Part shown: positions 15,489 to 36,073 of the stretch, piece by piece | Numbering within the stretch: the first letter of the stretch is position 1 | Layout: each line of letters starts with the position of its first letter | NCBI RefSeq assembly: GCF_009914755.1 | Contig: NC_060936.1 | Origin: the human T2T-CHM13v2.0 reference genome, Homo sapiens | Length of the DNA stretch: 64,000 nucleotides | Strand: one strand, 5' to 3' | Notes under the pieces: generated by a model | What the model was told of the DNA's origin: nothing | What the model saw: the letters and a program-made list of their open reading frames with translations, nothing else | The model's database searches: none | Program-made: the position numbers and the translations under genes

Positions 15489-15852
15489 TTTAAGGTAAGG
15501 AGTGTGTGTGGGGGTGGTATGTGTGTTTTAATTTCCTGCCTTATCCAACTAACTTCATGTCCATTTGAATTAAGATGGATTCTATTGGACTTCCTCTTTT
15601 ATTCCTCACATTATACATTTGTCACCTTTTTCTCTTTGCAACAAAAATGGCATGTGTTAAGTTTATATTTTTAAAAATTTAGGTTCCCTTATATTATTCA
15701 GATGCATTATTTTCAAAACACATTCATAAAAAGTGATAATACCCTATCTATAATTATATTAATCTTTCAACTTCATAGTCGTAGTCTATTCTCCATGAGT
15801 TTATTTCTATATTTTGTTATGCAAATTCTCCACAAAATAACATAACATTTAG

Positions 15853-16554
<702 letters not shown>

Positions 16555-16634
16555 TACCCTTCTCCTTTAAAAAGGACCAGGGTTCCTTGGAGAAATGGCT
16601 TAATCTAGGACTAGGGCAAGAAATAGACAAGATC

Positions 16635-17225
<591 letters not shown>

Positions 17226-18470
17226 AAATAGACAAGATCAGCTTAGAACATCTTGTAGTGCCCAAAAAAAAAAGTAAAGAAGGGCTTTAACAAAAAACCC
17301 ACAAAATGGGACTATGTCAAAGGGGCATAGGAGTCACCTAAAAGAGCTAACAGTGATCAAAGTTGGAATAATTTGAAAAAGAAAATAAGTAAAGTATAAA
17401 GTAGTATTGAATTATAACTCAGAGTATAAAATAAATATCCACGGGCTGATACTGGTATGAATAAATGATTGAATAAATGAATAAATGATTGAATAAATAA
17501 GTAAATGGAGAAGAGACAAATCTGTACAGAAGAACTCCAAATAATGTATGTCAATACTCCACTTTCCTCATGGTGAAACACAACTCCCTAATCCTTAAGT
17601 GTGGGCTGTGCATGCCTTTCTTCCAAGAAGTACAGTACTTCCAAGAAGTGCAGAAGAGTTCGGGGAGAAGTAACTTCACAGTGGAGAAACCTGACAGCCA
17701 GGTAGGTTGTCAGGGGTAACATCAACAGTGATAAGTCATGTTGATAGTGTGTTTCAAGGGCTATGTTGTGATAAAAGTGGCACTTTATCTCTGTGATCCT
17801 CCTGTCCAAATCCCATACTCCCAGTCTAATTATGAGAAAAGCATCAAATTCCAAGAGAGGAGAGGCATTCTACAAAATACTTTACAGGTGCTCCTGAAAA
17901 TGGTCAGGATTATCAAAAACAAGAAAAATCTGAAAAACCATTACTGCCAAGAGGATCCTTAAGAGACATGATGACTAAATGTAATGAAGTTTGTTTTTTT
18001 AAAAAACCACAAAACTGAGTCCCTCAAGAATTTTTTTAAACCTAGAAGTCACATACTTTGCAACTTTTATTAGATTTTAGATCGCATCCCACTCTTGAAT
18101 GCATATTTCCCCGGGAGCAACCCATGTTTTAAAAAATTTAGTAAAGGAGGATATCAGATAACCAGTTCTTACAAACAGGCCCAACATTTATTATGTTGCA
18201 TTTGCTGCCATCTGAAGGCCTACTCACACAAATGGTAGAAAGTTGTGTTTATTAAAATCTTAACTTCTTTAATATTTCAAATTTTTAAACTTCAGGGTAA
18301 ACAAAATTCTTATGAAAATACTGACACTATACCTTAGAATGTATAATTTAACTGAAGGAAGCGTGTGTATGTGTGTTTGGCCTACTCTGTAAAAATAAAG
18401 AATATAGCATTAATATTATTAGGCCCAGTTAGTCTATTCTAGTATAGTTACTGGTACAAAAGTAACACTG

Positions 18471-18792
<322 letters not shown>

Positions 18793-19232
18793 TCAGGGGA
18801 AGTAGTTTTGATATAAATCTAATAACTTTATGTAAAAAGTCTTCTTATTCTTTGATGTAATTCTAACAAATTTTTTATAATTTAAAGGGAGATACTGGTT
18901 TCAAATAAGTTATTTCTCCATTTTCAGAATAATTTTTCCTCACACACTCGAAAGATGATTTTATTATCTTTTTATTATTAAAGCAGATATTATCAGGGCC
19001 ATATATTAAGAGCATTTATTGCCTCTACAACCAGATATAGGTGGTGGGGGGTTATGTTCTGAATATTTTTCTTTACTGACAGACATACTTAGTATAACAA
19101 ACATATTAATTTGCAGCATTCTAATTAAAAAGTGAAAATGTGCGTGCTGTCAGACCCAATCTTAAACAGGTTCAGCCTTATCAACTAGAGGAATTTAAAA
19201 CCTTACTTCATGATGCCTTTGTCTTTGATTTA

Positions 19233-19395
19233 TAGTTGGTCGTTCGTATCCATAGGTTCCACACCTGCAAATTCAATCAGCCACAGATTGAAATTATTTG
19301 AAATAGAAAGCAGTATAAAAAATATTACAAAATACAGCATAACAACTATTTAGATAGCATTTGTAAGTAATCTAGAGGTTATTTAAAGTATGCAG
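19233..19395. mobile_element. MER2 (Tigger-related) fragment
   Basis: tagttggtcgttcgtatccataggttcc... and aagtaatctagaggttatttaaagtat. Confidence 0.6.
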
Positions 19396-20289
19396 GAAAA
19401 AAGTATAAAGAAGAAAAAAGACTAGCTCTAAAATTCTTTATTTTTTCAAACAGATTTTTAATGAATCAGGTTATGTAAAGAAAGAAAATATTTAAACTAA
19501 TATTGTTTGTAGCTAAACCATTATTTCATTGGTCTGTGATGTTCCAAACTTGTACCTTCCAACCATATGTAACCATGTTTCTATTTTCGCTGAAATAACT
19601 CAGTAGACCAAAGATGTTGGTGTTGGAATTGCATATGGCAGATAGTTCAAGTATATTCAAAGTAAATTCTAGTTAATATTAAGTACCTTTTAATGTTAGA
19701 AATTAAAAGAGCTTAGGAAAAGCTGTAGGATGAGAAATCCAATATAAACAGTTGTTTCAATCCTAGAGTATCTTCACCTTCACCCAGGCTCATCCCAGGA
19801 CTGCAAAACGTCAAAGAATGAGCTAGCTTGGAGGAAATAATGTGGCTTGGATAATGACTCTTAGGCAGTTAACTTACCCAGATAGTGTCTTCAGGAGTTA
19901 CATCTGCTATAATAACTATAATGCAAATGACAGTTTTTGAATCTATAGTACAAAAAGGAAAACATCAGGTACTACCTCAGTCTTATGAGTATACTTGCTC
20001 ACATTGATAACAACATGGTAGCATTGCTTCTAAAAGAAATTTTGTGATACTGTATCTTAAATTTCATATTTTTCATGAGATAGCTGTCAGTTTACAGACA
20101 AATCTAAGTGATAATTTTGAGCCCCATTTTTACAAGTCATCTCAATAAGTAACTATTAAGTAACATATGTTAATAAGTAAAAATGTAAAAGCATTTGGTT
20201 GTAGTTTTATTGATATGTTTGCACATTGCAGAAATTCAGGAACAAATTTTATGAATACTTATGTTGCTATTTTTAAACAATATCTGAGA

Positions 20290-20900
20290 TTATTCATTCA
20301 ACTAAAACTTATTAAGCATTTAATATCTGTCTGGCATTCTTCAGGCACCAAGGATATTTCGTTGAACAAAACAAAATCTTTGTCACTATGGAGTTTACGT
20401 TTTGTGGTGGCATTGGAGTGAAGAGCTAGGGAATAAAAAAACAAGTCAATATGTAGTATGCCACTTGGTGGTAAGTCATTTGGAGAATGATGTAGTAGGG
20501 AAAGAGGAAAAGGGTGTAGCATCATGGGCTAGTGGGTAAGGGTTTATCTATTTCATATGTAGTGTGCTCAGGAAAATTCTTCAATAAATTGATTTGTGAG
20601 CAAAAACCTGAAGCAAGTGAAGGAGCAAGCTATGCTGATACCAGATAGAAAAGCATTCCAGGTACAAAGAACAGTAGTTGCAAAGGACCTGAGATAGGAA
20701 CATAATTAGTGTATTCTAGAAACAGCAAGGAGGCCACTGTGGCTGGAGCAGAGTATGGAGAGAGAAGAATTTTAAGGTACATGATCAGTAGTGGAACAGG
20801 AGAGGCAGAAAATGATACTAAAAAATTAGGATCTCATAGAGACCATTGAAAAATCCTTAATTTTTATTCTCAGAGGAATAGGGGGAGCCATTGCAGGCCT
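20290..20900. mobile_element. LINE-2 3' region
   Basis: cattcattcaac...attaagcatt...ggaggccactgtggctggagcagagt. Confidence 0.65.
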
Positions 20901-21094
20901 TTGTCAGGATAAATTGTGAACCACTTTGAAGTGGACAAAAAATGACAAATGGGTGTCCTGTCTAGCTCAGCCATTGAGTTTATCTCTGTCTCATTTTGTG
21001 GGCAGGGTCGGGGGGGTGGGGAGGCTTTCTTTTTTTTTTTTTTAAGAGTACTGGAACTTAACAGAAAACTTCTTAAAAATGCAATTGAATCATA

Positions 21095-24470
<3,376 letters not shown>

Positions 24471-24755
24471 AAAATGCAATTAAATCTTATTCATAGAAAT
24501 AAATATAAATTATACCCAGTGGAATGCAGTTGATTACTGCCCTGTGAATATGCCTGTTTTGCATCTATTTGTAAATTTCTTTCAGAACTCCTTATTCCCT
24601 GTGTATGTGTAGTTCTTGGAATGTTCCGAACCAGTTGTAACATCTTACTAATTCCATTATTAATGAGTTAAATTGTATCTTTGACATATGTTTGTTTTAC
24701 TGTTTTTTCAAAGTCATGAATTTTACCATTTTTAGAAAAATGTATCCATTAATAC

Positions 24756-25063
24756 TTTTTTTTTTTTTTGTGAGTCAGGGTCTTGCTTTCTCACCCAGGC
24801 TAGAGTACAATGGCACAGTCATGGCTCACACAGCCTCTGACTTCTGGGCTCAAGGGATCCTTCCATCTCAGCCTCCTAATAAATAAGTAGCTAGGACTAC
24901 AGGTGCATACCACCACATCTGGCTAAGTTTTTTTTATTATTATTTTTTAGAGATGGGTTCTTGCGATGTTGCCCAGGCTGGTCTTAAACTCCTGGCCCCA
25001 AGTGATCTACCCACCTTAGCCTCCCGAGTTGCTGAAATTACAGGCGTAAGCCACTGCACCAAG
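24756..25063 (-). mobile_element. AluJ-like
   Basis: Antisense Alu; TSD ATTAATACTTTT. Confidence 0.9.
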
Positions 25064-26699
25064 CTCCTGTATTAATACTTTTTAACAGAATTAATCTGGT
25101 TGCTGTGTTGATAAAAGACTAGAGCAGGACAATCAGAGGCAAAGACCAATTAGAAGGCTGTTGGAAAAATTCATAAAGAAATGTTGGTAACTTGGACCAG
25201 AGAAGTAATAGTTTCGAAATGGTAAGCAGTAGTTGAACTTGGATATATTTTGAAGATACATCTGAAAGGATTGATGGATTGGATATGGGATGTGAGAGAG
25301 TAAGGTGTGAAGGATGACTGCAAGATTTTTGGATATTAATCTTAATGAAATGTGTAAGTAATTCCTTCTCAAACATTTTTAGGTTGGTAACTTTTATTTT
25401 TGATTCTTAGGAGTTTAGTTGGTTTGACTAAGAAATGTAAAAGCTGTTGATCGTGGTTCTTTTCTCATAAGGTATCTTTTCCACTGATTATAGTGTAATA
25501 TATAATTACTGTATTGAAAACATCAATAACAGCTGCTTAAATCAGGGTTCTGGCAGGAACCCTGTAATGGAAAAGAATTTAATAAAGGGATTAGTTACAC
25601 ATTATGGGCAGGTTAAGGGAAATCAGCAAGTGATATTGGCCAGGTTTGCTGGGAACACCAGGCTGTTAGGAACAGCTCTTAACACTCCTAGGTGTCTAAA
25701 AGGGGACAGAGAGAAGAAGTGGTTACCTGAATCAGCAAGAGCTATAAGTATGTGAGAGAGCTGCCTAACAGGGGCCATTACTAGAACCTCAGTAAGGAAG
25801 GGAACCACAGCCAATCTGGTCTGCTGGTGCCTCCATGCAGGTGAGGCTCCTAGGGTGCAGAGTAGAGTAGAGAAGGTAAGAGAGTGGCTTTGGAGGGTCA
25901 AATGGAAAATATACAGCATTACAGATAACTTTTAAGCCCTACCTTAAAACAAACAAATACACTTATGTGCTTCAAGTTTAAAAATAGAGAAATGAAGAAC
26001 ATAATTATTTAGTGGTAGAAAGTTATAAAAACTCAGTTGGGTAGGTTTTAATGACATTAAACAGAATTAGTACAGCTAAAAATCAACCATAAAATTTCGT
26101 GAAGTCTTTAGAGGTTTTATATCATATTAAATGTTTTACTTTGGACTTACAAAGTTAAAAATGCTTTTTATCTTTTTTATGTGTTTTACTTAGAATTAAT
26201 TGAATATAATATTTTATAACTTCAGAAATAATAACTTAAGAAATATGCTTTATATTTAAGTATTTAAAAGCTGTTTTGTTGTGTCTTTTTGTTCCCTTTA
26301 ATGTAAAGTAGTTCAGATTTAGTTTAGTCCTTGAAATTTATTTCAATTGAAAAAAAGCTCAAATCATCACGTCTAACTTTGTTGTGGTTAATTTTGCGTA
26401 TTTAATTCATTTTGTTTTTAGAGACAACATCACACTTCTTAACCAGTAATGGACTCTACTGAAACACTGTCAGTGATTGGGAACTCAGCATTTAAAGGGA
26501 ACTCAGTTCTTTGTTGGGCAGATAGAAGTTTGTTCCATTTGCATAGACTTCTGTGGTTTGGTCTGTCTCCTATTTCAGGAGCAAATCAAGCCTATTATTC
26601 CATAAGATGGAAATTTGAAGACAATTGTCTGTCTCTGTTCTGCTCTTCCATATTGCTAAATATTTTCTTCTCCACACTGGTTTCTACAGTCTTACCTTA

Positions 26700-27270
26700 T
26701 TGATTCAACAGTGTTCTTTCTGTCCCATCTCACCTTGCCTCAGTCTTCCCCTAGGCTTCTGTGATACCACACTCTTGGGGGTTGTCCTCTTGTTTCTTGG
26801 AGAGTGAATGTCCAGTCTCCTTGTGGGCTTTTTTCACAATTCCTTTAGATGTTGGTGTTTCTGAGCTGCTGTAGGTCTTACTTTTCTTCACACTGGGCAG
26901 TCTCATCTGTCCGTATGCTTGGATCCGTAAGTTGATGGCTCCCAAATCTCTCTCCCATCTCCACACCTGTATTTCTATTTGTTGAGCATCTCCATTTGGA
27001 TGTCTCACAGACATCAAAGTACATTCAAAACTGAGCTTATGTTTTTCTAAATCTTGTGTCCTTCCTATGTTCCCTGGCTCAATGTATGTACTGTCAACCT
27101 CAACTAAAAATGTATTTTCCTTGACTCCTGCTTTCCTTCCCAGTCTAATCAATCATCAGGTGTTATTAAGGCTAGCACTTAAGTATCACTCTAATCCATC
27201 CTTTTATTTTTTTCCATCTTCATTGTTTAGTAACTTAATTCAGTCCTCATAGTTATTGCATGCAACAACC
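26700..27270. mobile_element. LINE-2 fragment
   Basis: catctccatttggatgtctcacagacatc... Confidence 0.6.
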
Positions 27271-28006
27271 ACTTCCAAACCTGCAAAAACCATATGAAGT
27301 GTAGGGAGTGTTGGTAGGAAATATTTTTAACTCAACCTGTGAGGAAATACAGATTCAGAGAAGTTAAGTAAGAACTCAGATCTCTCTAGTGTCTTACATA
27401 TTTTAACTAAGTCTAAAATGAAAGGCTTTGTTTTTAGCATTCTAAATTTCTCCAGAAGACATTATCTCCAATAATACCAGCCTGGGCGGTGGAGCAAGAC
27501 CTGTCTCAAAACATACAATACCACCAAAGCCTTTCATTTTAAATTCTAATGTAGTGTTTAAAGTACATTTAGATAGCAGAGATATTGTATGCCATTTGTC
27601 AATTACATGAGGATTAAAACCTCACCTGAGCCATACTGCACTTTCTATTTAGAAGGATGAATCATTTCTGGGAATACAGTTTTGTAATTTACATGTGGAA
27701 AATTTAAAACTTTAAGGCTTCAACATGAGTATTTTATGTACATAATTATAGGAAACCAATATTCTTTGTAGCTGTTGAATTAAGTTCAAAGACCTTTCAA
27801 AGATAATTCTAAGTCTTTTTAAAAAGATTATTTAAAGTACACAGCTTTTCAGCCAGTATTGGTGAAGAAACATTTTGAGAGTATGACGGAATAAAACATC
27901 TTCTTAGAAATTTCAGCTGTTTTTTGTTGAGATTTGTTCTCTTCACATGTGTCTTTAAAAAAAAGAAAAAAGAAAGGAAGAAAGAAATATTCTCAAAGTT
28001 GCTTTC

Positions 28007-30280
<2,274 letters not shown>

Positions 30281-31596
30281 CACTTGGAGCTATTTTAGGA
30301 GGAGCTTGCAACCTATGTCAGTTACGCTGATTACAGCTTAGAAGAAATTTCTTATCAAAATGTAATCTGATTCCACTAGCACTTTCTTTAAGGGACAATA
30401 TGATTGTACCTTTAAATTTTGATTGGAGAATATTGTTGATTAAATTTTCCCTTCTTATGGCTTAATGGAATTACTAGAACATATTTTTCCTTGAAAGTAT
30501 CAGGAAAAAAAAAAACAACTTTTGGGAGGCATCTGTTACACATCTGAAATAGGATTTGATTCTGTAATTCCAGTGGTCTCTAGACCTAGATAATTCTACC
30601 CATGTTGCTAGATGGCACCAGGGTGCCATTTTTAGGCCTTAGGGCTAAGGAATGGGCGTAGGTGGTAGGGAGGTGTTAGGAAAGAAGTAGGGAAGAAAAA
30701 CTTTGGGAACATATTGTGGTACTGAAGACTGTCTCTAGGAGTTCTCAGTGGGCAGTTGCATACCAGGTGTCCAGCTGCATTATTTATGTTTGAAGTAAAC
30801 CCAGGCTGTGTGTCTCCATGAATTCATAGTATTGGGGGCTTTTCAAGACATTCATTCCCCTAAGATGTGAATTTTGAGCATAGCTTGTTGGCCTCAGGCA
30901 CTTTAACCTGAGAGTAGATGTTAAGTTCTGCTTGTTGGCAGGTTTCCAGCATTTACTCATTAGAGTTTCCCTACTTAAATGCTCCTGGCAGTTTCCCTTG
31001 GCCACTGTGTTCTTCACAGTCTGCCCAAACGTGTTTTGTATGTAGTCTGCTTTTGGGCTCTGCTTAGACACTTACAGCTTTTGTTTCTAAAGAACCCTTC
31101 AGTAAGTATTGATTTGTATTTTCTTTAGTTAATAATTCATTGATTATAAAAGCTATTCAAACACTAGAAAACATAAAAAGAAAAAATCCTTTTCATTCTA
31201 CCACCAAATTAATCAGTGTTAACATTTTAGGGTGTGTTCATCTAGTCTCTTTTTGTGGGTTTATGTATTTTATGTGGAGGTAGGGGAGAGAAAAATAGGT
31301 GTAAAACATTATTTTTTAAAAATGCAAATCCTCTCAAGTTTGCTACTGGGTGTGAAGAGCAACTTTTAAAATAAAATTTTGTAGAATAATTTTAGAATGT
31401 TAAGTTGCAAAGATAGTACAGAGATTCCCATATACCCTTCACCTAGCTTCCCCTAATGTTAACATCTTACATAACCGTGACATATTTGTCAAAACTAAGA
31501 AATTAATACTAGTACAATACTATTAACTAAACTACAGACTATTTACATTTCTTCTGTTTTTCTAATGTTCTTTTTCTGTTCCAGGATCCAACCTAG

Positions 31597-32254
<658 letters not shown>

Positions 32255-32442
32255 CTTTTTTCTTATACTTAATTTTATATCATGAACATTTTGTCTTTGT
32301 CATTAAATAGCTTTTGAACAATACTTATTTTAAGAGCTCTATAAAAGTTAATCACAGGGATAGATGTGCTCGGATGCAAACTTTTCTGGTAAACTTTTTG
32401 TTGTTGGCATTTCATGAGGGGGAATGTTACAAAACGTATATA

Positions 32443-32665
32443 CAATTGACCCTTTAACAACACAGGGTTTGAACCGTATGGATCCACTTATAGATGGATT
32501 TTGTCAACCAGAAAGTATTTGTGGGATGCGAAATTTCCATATACAAAGGGCTGACTTTTCATACACACAGATTCCACAGGGATGACTGTGGCACTTGAGT
32601 GTGCACGTGTTTTGGTCCATACAGAGGCACTGGAACCAATACCCAGATACACCAAGGGATGACTA
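32443..32665. mobile_element. MER8 (Tigger2-related MITE)
   Basis: TA-flanked caattgaccctttaacaacacagggtttgaac...ccaagggatgacta. Confidence 0.75.
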
Positions 32666-32989
32666 TACAGAACAAACATTTTTATTAGTGGGATACTTGA
32701 ATCGGGTGTGTTAGATTGTAACAGTTATTTTGAGTGCACTGCTCTAGAAGTAGAGAATAAATAGGCAAATTTAGTTTTCTTTGAGAATATATTTAACAAT
32801 ATTTTAGGTTGATTTAAATGCAGAAACATTTAAATGAGCTATTTGTGAAACAGTTTGTTTTGGGGGTTATAGTTGCTTGGCATTTGGCATAGCTTCTTTT
32901 GATCAGTGTGTGTGTGGCGGGGGGGGGGGCGGTGTACACATGGTATACACATTTCATGTGCACATAGTCAATATTAGACTTTAAAAAAA

Positions 32990-33530
32990 AATTAGAGATG
33001 ATGTCCTGCTATGTTGCACAGGCTGGTCTCAAAGTCCTGGCCTCAAGCAATCCTCCTGCCTCAGTCTTCCAAAGTACTGGGATTACAGGCGTAAGCCAGC
33101 ACACCTGGCCCATATTTAGACTTTTAATATTAGTCTAGTAACATCATATCCAACTGAGTTTGGAAATACAGATTTATAGTAAATTGTGCTTATACATTTC
33201 TATATTCAGTTTTGAAAAATATCTTTTAATTTACTTTTCTTTCTTTCTTTCTTTCTTTTTTTTTTTAAGTCTCACTCTGTTACCAAGCCTGGAGTGCAAT
33301 GGCGAGATCTCAGCTCACTGCAGCCTCCACCTCCCAGGGTCAAGCGATTCACATGTCTCAGTCCCCTGAGTAGCTGGGACTACAGGCATGTACCATCGCA
33401 CCCGGCTAATTTTTGTATAGAGACGGGGTTTCATTGTGTTGGCCAAACTGGTCTTGAACTTCTGACCTCAAGTGATCTGCCTGCCTTGGCCAAAGTGCTG
33501 GGATTACAGGCGTGAGCCATCGTGACCAGC
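32990..33530 (-). mobile_element. Alu monomer (32990-33109) and Alu (33235-33530)
   Basis: Alu consensus. Confidence 0.88.
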
Positions 33531-34504
33531 TTTTGCTTACTTTTCTGTTATCCAACATTAATGTTTATTTAGTTCTAGGTTAAAGTATCATATATAAAAA
33601 GTGAAGATGCCTAGGGATTTTCTTACGTGTCTTTTAGTGTTTTATTGATGTTTATGGTTTGAATAATATTAGTTCGTGTATTTAACATGAATCTTGAAAT
33701 TAGAGTGACTTGGATTTAAATTTTGTTGTTTTAAAAAATAAAGCCATGAAGCCAAATGCTTTTTAAGAACTATTAGGTATACCATATTAAGGAAAATATT
33801 ATAAAATTCGTACTGTGGTTTTACCTCCTACAGTTGCTCAGTTTAGTAAAAACTTCATTGTCTATAAACATGAGTGTAATAGAAAAAACTGAATTGATTT
33901 TAAGTTACTCAGTGATTACATTAAGAACAACTTGGCATTTATTTGGGAAATAACAATTCCTTTGAATTTCACAGTATTTTTTAGTAAATGGGTATTGGGT
34001 TAAAGATTTTATATATGTGTTTTTCATAAGTTAAGTATTTATTATGCTAGAGTTCTGTCCCTGCTAAGGGATTAGTGTTTATTAGTAAATTTCTAAACTA
34101 GAGGTTTATTATGAAGGTTAAGTGACCCTTTATTAATTTGACACAGTTGTAAGATTAATACATAGAAATTATCACTGAGCTAAAGAATAAAAACATGGAA
34201 TTTTGATCTACAATGTTTACAGAAAACTGAATGCACTGACTCTATGAGATCAAATCTATTCATTCAGATTTTCAGAGTTAATGATAATCGTTTTCTAGAG
34301 AGTACCTCTACTTTCTTACTGCTACCTTAAAAGCACACACCTTTGCTTTCTGTGGTGCGATCTGTGAATTTTTAGTGGAGAGAGCTGTGTGATTGCTCAT
34401 ATAGAATGTTCATCCTTTTGGTGTTGCTAGAGGATGGTATTTGATTTCCCTGTATATGTTTTTATACTAAACTAAGAGTTTCTTTGAGAGTTCTGAAGGT
34501 TGAT

Positions 34505-34505
34505 T

Positions 34506-34536
<31 letters not shown>

Positions 34537-34546
34537 CGCGCGCGCA
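34505..34546. repeat. (TG)12(CG)8CA compound microsatellite, Z-DNA-prone
   Basis: 42 bp of uninterrupted purine/pyrimidine alternation. Confidence 0.95.
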
Positions 34547-34707
34547 GGTGCATGCACGCTAGGATTGTTGCCCTTGGTACTAATGACCTTATTGAATTAG
34601 CTAAGACAGAGTGACTCATCTGCTGGATTTGCACATATCTTAGGGCAGACATTATGGGCGCTCCAATTTAATTGTCTAAATTTCATCACCAGTGTTTCTT
34701 CCTATAG

Positions 34708-34764
34708 ATACGTACCAAGATTAACAATGACTCCAGGATAGAGTTATGACCAACACTACTAAAG
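34708..34764 (+). other. Candidate alternative FRS2 5'UTR exon (57 nt)
   Basis: tttcttcctatag| acceptor and AAG|gtagag donor in unique sequence; splice signals only. Confidence 0.35.
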
Positions 34765-35896
34765 GTAGAGATAGTATTTTGTATCATCTTCCATTTTAGC
34801 TTTTTCTTTTTTTAAAAAGCTAGTTTTTTAGCAAACTATTTTAGTAACATTTTCTTAGTATTTGCCAAATACCCACACAAAATTGTTTTATATATATGTG
34901 TGTGTGTGTTGTTTTACACACAAACAAATGAATCTCTATATATATATTGTTGGATTTCTGTTCCTAAAAAACAAAATACATGATTAAAAGGGACTTTGTC
35001 AGATTCACTGTGAGATATGGGGTTAAAGTGTGTGAGTTTTCTGGGTCTAGAAGGGAAGAGGGAATCTGACGTTCAGGTCATTGTACAGTGACACTGCAAG
35101 TCCAGTTGCTGTCGGGGGAATGTTTATAAATGGATGTTGTGCCTTGAAGGTTAGACTTTGGACATCACAGACAGTAAAACACTATTAATTGTTTTCTTAC
35201 CAATGTTAAGTTAAATTCTTCTTGTATGTAATCTCAATTTTCTGCCTCCATGGGAAAGTATTCTGGTAGGACATTAGTGGTTTATGTAAGATTTTAAGGG
35301 GAAATGTGAATTACCCTCAGTAGTACGAACTGACCCTTGGTGAAATGGCCATGTGCCTTCTTTCCTACCTATCTCCTAATATTTTCCCATGAACACCCTA
35401 CATTCCAGCTCTAAGGAACTACCTGGTTCTCCTGGAGGAGGCCGTGTTGTTTTAGGTTTGGGGGGTTTTGCATGCTTTCTTCTTAATCTGGATTGCCCCT
35501 GCCCTAGCTAACTCCCATCCACCTTTCAGGACTCAGTATAGGGACCAGCTTTCCCAGGGAGACTTTTTTGATGCTATTTCTGTCTTTCCTTCTGTTCTGT
35601 ATTGAATGTTTTGATAGCACCAGCACATGGGTCTGCAGTTCTGCCACATACTCATTTTCTTGTCTGTCTCTCCCACTAGACAGTAAGCTCCTTGGAGTCA
35701 GGGAATGTGTCCTTTATCTTTATTTCTAGCACTTAACTCAGTGCCTGACACACAGAATAGGTGCTCAGAAAATACGTGGTAGAATGCCTCAGTGTATGGA
35801 TAGGGAAATGAATTAATTCATTGTTTAATTTTCTCTTTAATGTTGATAGTTGCTTAAAAATCATTTTTATCTACTAAGTAACCTTTTGTTAGCTTA

Positions 35897-36073
<177 letters not shown>

